Shown here: in pieces, positions 7,929 through 16,587 of the stretch
Layout: each line of letters starts with the position of its first letter
Position numbering within the stretch: position 1 is the stretch's first letter
From: Promethearchaeota archaeon
GTDB lineage: Archaea; Asgardarchaeota; Lokiarchaeia; Sigyniarchaeales; SOKP01
Assembly: GCA_016926735.1 (NCBI GenBank)
Contig: JAFGOA010000007.1
Span: 1 to 16,680, forward strand
DNA: 16,680 nucleotides
Reading direction: 5' to 3'
Made by a program: the position numbers and the translations under genes
The notes under the pieces: model-generated
Seen by the model: only the letters and a program-made list of their open reading frames with translations
What the model was told of the DNA's origin: nothing
The model's database searches: none

Positions 7929-10808
7929 TTGAATCAAAATAAAAAATTAAAAGGATTATTGCTGATTTTCTTATTTATTGTTCCATTGTTTTTTACAATT
8001 TACAAAATATTTCCTTTAAATGATACATTAAAAAATAATATTATAAGAAACTCTGGAAACGAAATTATACCGTCAAGAGATTGGATTACAAATGGAAATT
8101 TAGATAATACAGATTATTGGATAATAGAAAATGGAACTGGAGGAGATACAAATGATATAAATGCTGATATCTCTGGGGGAGAATTTAATAGTAATCTTCT
8201 TGGAGATTGGGGTCAAAAGTCTGTTATCTTAAATTCCTCTGCATCTGAATATAATCAATGGGATACATTTATTAAGACTGGAGAACTTCTGCAACCAGAT
8301 AATTATGGAATAGATTCAACAGGTGTTTGGTGTAATCATAATTTCGATGATAATGCAGCAGACCAAGTTCCAATTATTCATTTCAAAAGAGAAGTAATGA
8401 TGGATCAACCTATGGATGACTATGAAATTACTTCGGCTTCTTTAGAAGTACATATTGATGCTGAATGTGACCTAAATATCGATACACCGCAAGACTATAT
8501 TGATGGAAATTCAGCTAATCAAGCTCAAAATCCTATAGATAACCCACAGAGTTTTGATTTTTGTAAATTTAATGTTGAGATTTCGGATTTTAATACAAAT
8601 GATCTTAATACTTATGAAATGGGATCTAATCAAACTGTTGAATTTGGATATGGTGATCCTCCTTCTTCTCCAGATTTTGCATCTGATTATCTTACTGGAT
8701 TTATGGAAATTAAAGATCAACAAACAATTATTGATGCGTTAACAAATGTTTTCAGTGTGCATTCTACAAATTTTACGGTCATCATCGGAATATTTATCAA
8801 TTGTGCAGATAATTATGGTGGTCAAGAGAGGGATTATTGGAGAAATTTAAGTATAGATTACCTAAATTTAACAATTACTTATGAAAAGGTTATTGATCAA
8901 TCCACAAGTATTAGATTATATCAAAATACTGGAAGTTTTTCCCAAGATCTTTCTGATAATGGATATTCCAGTTATAATTCCTATTCTGTAGATCTTGCAA
9001 GATTAAATTTTACGTATAAAGTTGATCCTTATTGGCCTTCTGATTCTCAAAATTCAGACGTAAGAATTTCCTTGAATAATGGTACCACTTATGTTTCCCA
9101 AAAATTAATATTAGCAGATACCAACCCCTCAGATATAAGTTGTAATTTAATCGATTTAATCAAAGGTTTAGATGATATTGAAGTGTCAATTATAATATTT
9201 ATTGCAGATGAATTTAATTTGAATGAAACTATTGAAGTGTCTATTGATTCGATATCTCTAGAAATTGAATATACGGTATACTTCGATGATTATTCTACCT
9301 CAATTGAAGTTGATATAGATGGTCAACCTTATATAGGTCTTATTCATATTCCCGTTTTTCGTGAATTAGATATAGTAGTTAGGTATTTAAATGATACCCT
9401 CGGGGCTATATATGGTGCTGATGTAATATTATCGGGAGATGCAGTTGGAGATTTAACACCTAATGGGGATCATTATGATATTAAATTAAATACAACAGAA
9501 GATCTAAGTATAGGGTTAAATACAATAACAATTGAAGCGACAAAAAATAATTATTTACAAAGTGATACAATAATAAATATATATGTTGACCCTATTGATG
9601 GTGAAATCTCTGGTTATAGTGGTAATTTTGTTAGTAATGAAATATATGTAGATACTGGTGTTCTTGAATTTATTGAACTCTATCTCAATGATACGGATAA
9701 TAATCTCCCAATCATTGGGGCTACAGTAACCTATACAGGAGGTTTAGGGAATGGGATCTTTACAGATCCTAATAATGATGGTATTTATAACGCAACGATT
9801 ATAGCACCTTCACCTGGGTATTTCTCAATTACAGTTAGCGCAGTTAAAGGTCCTGATTATGATATTAGTAATTATCAATTTGCTATTGATGCTTCTACAC
9901 CAGGATTTTCTGATGCTAATCTTACTTTGTTTATCAATAATGAAGAAATAGGCTCAGGAGGATCTTTTTCTATATCTTCACTGAGAAATATTAATATCAC
10001 CGCTATATTTATTAATGCAACAGATGGTGATCCTATAAATAGCGCAGATATAGAATTAAGGGTTAGTGGAGGAGGTCAACTAATTGGAGAATTATCAGAA
10101 ATTTCTGGATATTATGAACTTCAAATTAATTCAACAAATGATTTAGATTTAGGAGTACAATTATTAACCTTAACTGCAACGAGAAATTTTTTTAATCCTG
10201 AGGATATAGACTTTAACATTGAAGTTCTTCGAATTCAAACCGAACTCTCCCTCAATAATATAAACGGAACAACACTATCGGTTATTTCTGGAGGAAATGC
10301 ATTTATAGAAGTAGTACTTAATGATACGGATAATAATTTACCTATTATCGGAGCTACTGTAACTTTTATTTGGGATCAAGGAAGTGGAGTGTTATTTGAT
10401 CTTGATGGAGATGGAATTTATAATACTACCATTATAAATATTCCTGAAGGAAGTTGGGATATCACAATCAGTGCTGTAACCCAAGCACAATATTATGCTT
10501 TTAATCCCTTAATTATGCATATTGATAGTAGAGCCCCAGTTGGAGCCGATCCAATACTTTATATCATAATTACTGCTATACTTGGGATTGCTGTAATTGG
10601 ATTGGGCACATATTTTGCTATTTACCAAAAAATATTGAAATATCCTCCAACAGTACGAAAGATTAGGAAATTAAAAGGGAAAATCGGTAAAGGTAAAAAG
10701 CCCAAATCTGTTGATTTTGATAATCGAACGAGTTATATAAAAGAAATATATGAAGAAAATAAGATTTTTGCACAACCAGTATCATACAAAACTGAAATTA
10801 AAAAATAA
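7929..10808 (+). CDS. large membrane-anchored cell-surface (glyco)protein with Ig-like repeats
   Basis: TTG start; KKLKG followed by a hydrophobic signal/TM; D/N/T-rich beta ectodomain with about 20 N-x-S/T sequons; C-terminal TM (ILYIIITAILGIAVIGLGTYFAIY) then a basic tail KYPPTVRKIRKLKGKIGKGKK. Confidence 0.88.
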   Translation: MNQNKKLKGLLLIFLFIVPLFFTIYKIFPLNDTLKNNIIRNSGNEIIPSRDWITNGNLDNTDYWIIENGTGGDTNDINADISGGEFNSNLLGDWGQKSVILNSSASEYNQWDTFIKTGELLQPDNYGIDSTGVWCNHNFDDNAADQVPIIHFKREVMMDQPMDDYEITSASLEVHIDAECDLNIDTPQDYIDGNSANQAQNPIDNPQSFDFCKFNVEISDFNTNDLNTYEMGSNQTVEFGYGDPPSSPDFASDYLTGFMEIKDQQTIIDALTNVFSVHSTNFTVIIGIFINCADNYGGQERDYWRNLSIDYLNLTITYEKVIDQSTSIRLYQNTGSFSQDLSDNGYSSYNSYSVDLARLNFTYKVDPYWPSDSQNSDVRISLNNGTTYVSQKLILADTNPSDISCNLIDLIKGLDDIEVSIIIFIADEFNLNETIEVSIDSISLEIEYTVYFDDYSTSIEVDIDGQPYIGLIHIPVFRELDIVVRYLNDTLGAIYGADVILSGDAVGDLTPNGDHYDIKLNTTEDLSIGLNTITIEATKNNYLQSDTIINIYVDPIDGEISGYSGNFVSNEIYVDTGVLEFIELYLNDTDNNLPIIGATVTYTGGLGNGIFTDPNNDGIYNATIIAPSPGYFSITVSAVKGPDYDISNYQFAIDASTPGFSDANLTLFINNEEIGSGGSFSISSLRNINITAIFINATDGDPINSADIELRVSGGGQLIGELSEISGYYELQINSTNDLDLGVQLLTLTATRNFFNPEDIDFNIEVLRIQTELSLNNINGTTLSVISGGNAFIEVVLNDTDNNLPIIGATVTFIWDQGSGVLFDLDGDGIYNTTIINIPEGSWDITISAVTQAQYYAFNPLIMHIDSRAPVGADPILYIIITAILGIAVIGLGTYFAIYQKILKYPPTVRKIRKLKGKIGKGKKPKSVDFDNRTSYIKEIYEENKIFAQPVSYKTEIKK
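9687..10337 (+). repeat. intragenic duplication with a period of 633 nt (211 aa)
   Basis: AATGATACGGATAATAAT is identical at 9687-9704 and 10320-10337; the peptide LNDTDNNLPIIGATVT...DGIYN.TI occurs twice. Confidence 0.9.
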
Positions 10809-10815
10809 AATCTAA

Positions 10816-10824
10816 TTTTTTTTT
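10816..10824 (+). terminator. oligo-T archaeal terminator candidate
   Basis: T9 run 7 nt after the stop at 10808. Confidence 0.5.
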
Positions 10825-10958
10825 ACCATTTTTAAAGAGAAAAAAAACTAAAACAAATAATATGATTATAATTAATTTGTAATAATGGAAGAATACAACA
10901 TTGTAAAAAAAGAATAAAAATTAAAATAAAATTATAATGAAAATAAAAAGTGAATTAA

Positions 10959-12089
10959 ATGTCAAAAGGATTTATTATTACAAAATGGACAGAAGATAGA
11001 GGTTTAGTAATCCATTTAAAATATCCAGAAACGATAAATGTTGATCTTGATGATATGATGAGGATTTTCTATGCTCATATTACTGGTGCTGGAGAAGCTG
11101 GTTATGTTGTTGTTCGTTTAGAAAAGGCACAATCTAATGTAGCAAGTTATTTTACAGGAATAGATTCTTCTAATCCTTATATGATTAATTTAATGCTTGA
11201 ATTAGGTGAGGATCCAGAAACATATGGTGAAAAAGTAATAAGAGATATCTATTATGATATTTTAAAATACCTTTTAGAAATGGATAAGGATATGTATAAG
11301 GCTCCAGAATTAATTAAAGAACTCAAAGTATATCTTAGAGAAACGATGATTTTGTTAGAAAGATTAAAAAATCTTACAAAAGAACAAAAAATGGCACAAA
11401 TTTACACTGGCGAGAAAACGCGAAAGATTTTACAATTGCTTCAACAAAAAGCTATGTCAAGAAAAGAATTACAAAATAGATTAGAAGATCAGTTAAAAAA
11501 AATCATAACAAATTTAGATATTACTTTAGAACCCTTTATTAAAGCAGACTTAATAAAACAAGATTGGGTTGAAAGAAGTACTGATGTCCATATATTTCTA
11601 CAAAACGATTTTACAATATTTCGGGGTACTCCTAAGAAGTTGATGAATGAAGCAAAAAAAGATCAACCAACAAATTATCTTGCCAAACAATATTTAAAGA
11701 AAGTTAGAGAATTTTATAATGGATATACACCTACTTTTGAAGATAATATAAAAATTGCATCACATATGATTAATCCAGATACTTATGATTATATTGCGCT
11801 TCTAAGAGATAAACCATATCCATTGAATAAACTTCCAAAAAGTTCTGGTTCAGTTGCTAAACAAACTGCAGATTTGCTCTATAATTTAGAACAAGACAAT
11901 ATCATAAGTATAATAGAAGATGAAAAAGATATTAAATGGGTATTTTTACTTTCAGATATTATCGTTCAAAATTTCTATCCAGAATATTTAGTTGAAAACA
12001 TTCGAAAGGATTTTGTAGGTGGAGATTTGAGAAGAGAAATTGCAACTAAACATCTTGAAATTTTAGAAACTGCATATCCAAAATCATAA
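10959..12089 (+). CDS. hypothetical protein: longin/uDENN-like N-terminal domain plus two winged-helix-like repeats
   Basis: N-terminus GFIITKWTEDRGLVIHLKYP (beta-hairpin ending in YP), then helix, three strands, helix. Internal repeat HIFLQNDFTIFRGTPKKL / WVFLLSDIIVQNFYPEYL 116 aa apart, each after an HTH-like segment. ORF certain, fold inferred. Confidence 0.7.
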   Translation: MSKGFIITKWTEDRGLVIHLKYPETINVDLDDMMRIFYAHITGAGEAGYVVVRLEKAQSNVASYFTGIDSSNPYMINLMLELGEDPETYGEKVIRDIYYDILKYLLEMDKDMYKAPELIKELKVYLRETMILLERLKNLTKEQKMAQIYTGEKTRKILQLLQQKAMSRKELQNRLEDQLKKIITNLDITLEPFIKADLIKQDWVERSTDVHIFLQNDFTIFRGTPKKLMNEAKKDQPTNYLAKQYLKKVREFYNGYTPTFEDNIKIASHMINPDTYDYIALLRDKPYPLNKLPKSSGSVAKQTADLLYNLEQDNIISIIEDEKDIKWVFLLSDIIVQNFYPEYLVENIRKDFVGGDLRREIATKHLEILETAYPKS

Positions 12090-12122
12090 AAATAAATAAA
12101 ATATATACATATAAGATAAAAA

Positions 12123-14030
12123 ATGAGTGAATCTGAGAAGTCTTCAACAAGAAGAGTTTTAGAACGTTTAGGTTTAGTTCAAGATGAAATTAATGTTTAT
12201 TTTAAAATAACAGGAAGAGGTCCAGTGACAGCAGGCGAAATTGCTTTAATCTCTAAAATTGAAGAAAAAAGAGCTAATGAAATTGCATTAAATTTATTAG
12301 ATAAAGGATTAGTACGAAAAATAGCTGGCAAAACACCTCATTTTATGGTACTACCTCCTTATACCGCATTATTAGGACAAATTAAACAATTTAAAGATGT
12401 AGTATCTAATATTCAATCTTATGCGCCTCAATCTTTAAAAGAAAGACTTCAATCAATTGAAATTGACTCCTCTCAAATTCAAAAATTAGGTGAATTCCGA
12501 AATACAATTCATTCAATGAGTGAAGAATTACCAAATAAAATCAAAGCACAATTTCAAAATTATGAACAAGAGTTAGAAAAAGTTAAACGCTTTAATGAAA
12601 TTAAAAACTTTATAAATAGCCTGAAGGAAATAGTACCAGACGATATAACAAAAGAATTTGCTAAAATGGAAAGTAGAGTGGAAGTTATTAAAAATGAAAT
12701 TTCTAGTGCATTTGAAACTCAATTTCGCGTAGGTGCCATTAAAAATATGGCAGAAAAGATTGTTGCGCGTGTAATGAAAAAAGAATTTAATGAAATGGTT
12801 AATTCTTTTAAATTTAAATTTGTTCAAACAACACAAGGAATGTTGGATAAAGTTATTAATCAATTAGGAGGGCTTTCTAATACCGCTGGAGATATAAAAG
12901 TAGGAATAGGAGATACTATAGCCAATATTGAATCTGGATTACAAACAGCTTTAGGGAATTTAGATAATGAAATTATCAAAATATACGAGGATGTATTAAC
13001 AGGTATACAAGAATTAAAGAATTCTTTTGAGCAAGAAATCTTTAAAACACTAAATCAAGATGTAATAATTAATATTTTTGATCAATTGGATTTATCTGAG
13101 AAAACAATGGAAGAATTTTTAGAAACAGAAAAAGAAGCTCCTATGCTCTCTTTTCAAGATGTGTGGTTTGTAAGAAGTTCTGAAGGTATGAAAGCTCAGA
13201 TAAATGAATCTATATCTCGAATTAAAATGAGAGCACATATTATTGCGCCAAAACTTGAAGATATTGATATTGATATGATAACTGGAGTTTCAAACCATGT
13301 AAATGTTCGAATATCTACTAATTTTGATATAGATAATCAAAAAGATAGAATTATAATATCAAGATTGGAAAAATATCCTAATATTGACCTACGTCATTAT
13401 GGTCGAGAGAATATTTGGTCAATCAATAAAGATTTTGAAGAAGTTGTAGTTTGTGTTGTAGCAAAAAATCGAGAAGGTACTCAAGTTGAAATTGCGGGGA
13501 TGGGATCTATATTAGAAGAGCATGTAAAATTATTTGCTGGAATTTTAGAGGATGTTTGGATTCAAAGTAAAAAATTAGATCAAATTAGCCTGACTCAAAC
13601 ATATCATCCTGTAAAACCAAGTATAAAACCTTCAGAAGTTCAAAAAGTTCAAGAAAAAATACCTGCTTCTTCACCAGCGCCAAATATTACACAACCTAAA
13701 CAAGAAGTTATACAACCAGCTCCTACATCTTTTATTCAAGAATCATCAAAAATTTCTTCTGAAGATTTTCAATCATTAGAAACTTTATCTGAGTTATTTA
13801 ATCAAATTGAAAAAAATATAACTTCATTAACCGGTATTGAGGTTAGCTCTATTTTAAACAAAGCCAAAGTAAGAGTAATTGAGCAACATGGATATTCAAG
13901 TGTATTGAATCAAATTAATTTAAGCATAGCCCAATACCAAAGCATTAGTTCTAACTTGCATCAATCAGAGATAAAAGAAATTAAAAATAAACTTAAGTTC
14001 TGGAGAAATAAACTCAAAATTAAAAAATAA
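12123..14030 (+). CDS. TrmB-family wHTH protein with long amphipathic helical region, PLD-like/TrmB effector-type domain, Pro/Gln linker and C-terminal helical bundle
   Basis: LERLGLVQDEINVYFKITGRGPVTAGEIALIS...LLDKGLVRK...LPP is a TrmB-HTH pattern. WFVRSSEGMKAQINESISRIKMRAHIIAP is typical of the following PLD-like domain. No HKD motif. Confidence 0.8.
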   Translation: MSESEKSSTRRVLERLGLVQDEINVYFKITGRGPVTAGEIALISKIEEKRANEIALNLLDKGLVRKIAGKTPHFMVLPPYTALLGQIKQFKDVVSNIQSYAPQSLKERLQSIEIDSSQIQKLGEFRNTIHSMSEELPNKIKAQFQNYEQELEKVKRFNEIKNFINSLKEIVPDDITKEFAKMESRVEVIKNEISSAFETQFRVGAIKNMAEKIVARVMKKEFNEMVNSFKFKFVQTTQGMLDKVINQLGGLSNTAGDIKVGIGDTIANIESGLQTALGNLDNEIIKIYEDVLTGIQELKNSFEQEIFKTLNQDVIINIFDQLDLSEKTMEEFLETEKEAPMLSFQDVWFVRSSEGMKAQINESISRIKMRAHIIAPKLEDIDIDMITGVSNHVNVRISTNFDIDNQKDRIIISRLEKYPNIDLRHYGRENIWSINKDFEEVVVCVVAKNREGTQVEIAGMGSILEEHVKLFAGILEDVWIQSKKLDQISLTQTYHPVKPSIKPSEVQKVQEKIPASSPAPNITQPKQEVIQPAPTSFIQESSKISSEDFQSLETLSELFNQIEKNITSLTGIEVSSILNKAKVRVIEQHGYSSVLNQINLSIAQYQSISSNLHQSEIKEIKNKLKFWRNKLKIKK

Positions 14031-14065
14031 ATATTAAAGATATCTTTTTATTTTTATTTTCTATT

Positions 14066-15148
14066 TTAAAAGAATTCTAAATTATTGAATCCTAATAATT
14101 TTTCTAAAACACTTAAAATATCATCTTTTTTACCAATATATGCTAATAATTTATGTTTAGCTCTAAGAATTGATTTATTTTTTTCTGTTTTAGGAGGATT
14201 GAAATGTAATTCGATTTCACCATAAGATAATTTTTTTTCATTTGAAGATTTCGAATTATAAGCTTGTATTATTCCTTTTTCAAGATGTTTGCGTTCAGGA
14301 TTCCTAGGGAGATCATAACAATCTTTTTGAGATCTTGGAAGGTCATCTGATAATTTTACTAATAATCCATAATCTTCTGTATTTGGAATTTTTAGATAAT
14401 ATGTTATTTTAGCCTTATTAGAAAAATTTAGGTCTTCTGGACGGATACCCAATTTATATATTTTTGAAACATCGATTTTAAATGCAGTGTAATTCTTTTC
14501 TATTTTTAACATTTCTTCTGGTATATTTTTAATATAAGATATAGGATTTGCTTTTTTTATTGTGGGTATTATTACTGTACCTGGGTTATCTTTACCTCCA
14601 CTTATAACATTTGCAATATTCCAAATATTGATTTTTAGATCAGGCTTATTTAATATACATTCTTCATTGATTTCAATACCTATATAGTCTGCTTCTGAAG
14701 ATATTGGATTATCAACTAGGGATATAGTTCTTATTATTTTTCCTTTATATGTTTCTCGTGAAATATAATTCTCTATAACAATTTCAGATTCTAATTTGCA
14801 ATTATTTGAATTTTGTTCCTTAATTTTATAATATGCCGGATCTAAACCAGATTGACAATTCCATTTTTTCCATTTTTCAGGTTTTTGAAAGAAATAAGCT
14901 CTTTCCGGACTAAGCCAATGTCTATCTCCCCCAATTTCTCTTTCTCTAGATATAATTTTTTTTTTAATATCTGACGTTATCCATAATAATGAAAAAGATT
15001 CATTTTTTGGGAATATTCCTAAAGGTCTTCCACCATATTCAGATACAATGACGCTACTTTCATCATTATTCCTCAATTCTACATATTTTGTAACTTCTTT
15101 AATTGAAGATAAAAGTTGGTCTTTAGTATAATAATTAATATACATCAA
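14066..15148 (-). CDS. hypothetical beta-rich protein, possibly galactose-mutarotase-like supersandwich (DUF6786/DUF4380-like); ATG at 15145 is the likely start
   Basis: VSEYGGRPLGI...LLW...GGDRHWLSPE pattern, RTISLV strand, C-terminal YGEIELH; convergent with the TrmB-like gene across 35 nt. Confidence 0.65.
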   Translation of the reverse strand: MMYINYYTKDQLLSSIKEVTKYVELRNNDESSVIVSEYGGRPLGIFPKNESFSLLWITSDIKKKIISREREIGGDRHWLSPERAYFFQKPEKWKKWNCQSGLDPAYYKIKEQNSNNCKLESEIVIENYISRETYKGKIIRTISLVDNPISSEADYIGIEINEECILNKPDLKINIWNIANVISGGKDNPGTVIIPTIKKANPISYIKNIPEEMLKIEKNYTAFKIDVSKIYKLGIRPEDLNFSNKAKITYYLKIPNTEDYGLLVKLSDDLPRSQKDCYDLPRNPERKHLEKGIIQAYNSKSSNEKKLSYGEIELHFNPPKTEKNKSILRAKHKLLAYIGKKDDILSVLEKLLGFNNLEFF

Positions 15149-15272
15149 AAAAAGAAATATTGTAAATTATTTAATTTTCTCTATACAACTAGTTAGATAA
15201 ATGGAATATTAGAGATTATTATCTATTAAATATTTAAAGAAATTACAAGACATTAAAGAAAGTGATAATATC

Positions 15273-16025
15273 CTATTTCTCATTTTTTTTTTGAAATAAT
15301 TTTTTTATTGTTAATGATAATGTTTCATCAAAGGCCTGACCTTCAACTGAGCATTTAAATGGTAAATCATTTGAAAGAAATAATTCTTTGAAATATCCCA
15401 GCCAATAATTACTATATCTTTTATTTTCATGATGTTTACAAACTACGTGGTATTGGTCATTTGCTAATTTTTTAACATCTACAAAATAAAAATAGTTTGC
15501 TACAATCCACATTTTTTTTATTGCTTGAATAATTTCTTCCAAAGATAATGCATTTATTGGTTTTCCTGTTACCCATAAAATAACACCTAAAGCAATATTT
15601 CTTTTCATTGGCTTATCTAAACTTTCTTCTGGTGTTTCAGCAGCAGTTAATAATTGATTGAATGTTGTTTTTCCTATTAGCATCATTTGTAATTCATCTC
15701 TAGCTCTACACCAAAGGTCAATATCTTCAGAACGCTCTAAATTTTCATGTTTATCTAATAGTTTTATAGCATTTTCAAATAATTTTGTTTCTGTCTTATA
15801 TTTATTTTTGTATTTTTCAATTATACCCGCAATTTCAGGTGATAAGCTCTTAATACTATCGTATAAATCGATTGCTTCTCCTATAATATAAGATATAGTT
15901 TTACCCTCATCTTTATATTTATCAATAATATCTCTCGTTTCATTTGAAACCTTAACATAAATTGGTGTAGTCTCTGAATTTTGTTTATCTTCTAATTTCT
16001 CTTTTTTTGTCGACACATCTTTCAA
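15273..16025 (-). CDS. putative transcriptional regulator: N-terminal ribbon-helix-helix-like tandem repeat plus V4R-like C-terminal domain
   Basis: PIYVKVSNETRDIIDKYK...TISYIIGEAIDLY is an RHH pattern. C-terminal YHVVCKH..KRYSNYWLGYFKELF..FKCSVE..TLSLTI has V4R-like topology. Start is TTG 16025 or GTG 16016. Confidence 0.65.
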   Translation of the reverse strand: MKDVSTKKEKLEDKQNSETTPIYVKVSNETRDIIDKYKDEGKTISYIIGEAIDLYDSIKSLSPEIAGIIEKYKNKYKTETKLFENAIKLLDKHENLERSEDIDLWCRARDELQMMLIGKTTFNQLLTAAETPEESLDKPMKRNIALGVILWVTGKPINALSLEEIIQAIKKMWIVANYFYFVDVKKLANDQYHVVCKHHENKRYSNYWLGYFKELFLSNDLPFKCSVEGQAFDETLSLTIKKLFQKKNEK

Positions 16026-16365
16026 CTCTATAATTTGAAATGGAAAATTTGAAATTTATTTACCTCAATATATTATAGATGATCTATGTTCTTATATTTT
16101 ATCATATTAACTTATAAATTTTTTGATTGACCTCGACAAAAAATGAATTTTTTCAATATGTCCTCTTCAATCTCTGCCATATTTTTTTATATTTCGACAT
16201 ATGATGATTTTAGGATTTAAATCAATATATCAATATATATTATCTGGTCTCTATACCCTTTGATTATGATGATTGTAAACGAATCGAAATATTTATATAC
16301 TCTCCTATATATTCTAATATTGAAACATATAATAGAAATATACTAAAATATATGAGCATATAAAA

Positions 16366-16587
16366 ATGTCAAAATTTAATCAAACATTTAAAATTTCTGA
16401 AAAAAAAATGAGAGATTTCAGTTATAATTTAACTTTAAAAGATCCATACAAAATAAAAGCAGAGAATATCAATTCCTATGATGTAAACTATTATTGTGAA
16501 TATTGTGGAGAAAACCTAACAAAAGATATGAAATTTTGCCCTATGTGTTATAATCCTATTAAATCAGAAATAATAAGAAAAAAATAA
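16366..16587 (+). CDS. small zinc-ribbon protein
   Basis: CEYCGENLTKDMKFCPMC = C-x2-C-x10-C-x2-C; ATG start; divergent from the RHH gene. Confidence 0.8.
   Translation: MSKFNQTFKISEKKMRDFSYNLTLKDPYKIKAENINSYDVNYYCEYCGENLTKDMKFCPMCYNPIKSEIIRKK

Noticed and set aside
8511-8742. 70-aa minus and 62-aa plus alternate-frame ORFs
   Set aside because: Nested in the 959-aa surface protein gene; no independent evidence.
10885-10917. 10-codon ORF MEEYNIVKKE upstream of the longin-like gene
   Set aside because: Too short, no ribosome-binding site or distinctive codon content; expected by chance.
12573-12863. 96-aa minus-strand ORF
   Set aside because: Antisense shadow of the TrmB-like gene.
13150-13580. 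Active phospholipase D/nuclease in the TrmB-like protein
   Set aside because: No HxKxxxxD motif is visible, so only a PLD-like fold is proposed.
15658-15891. 77-aa plus-strand ORF
   Set aside because: Antisense shadow of the RHH-like gene.
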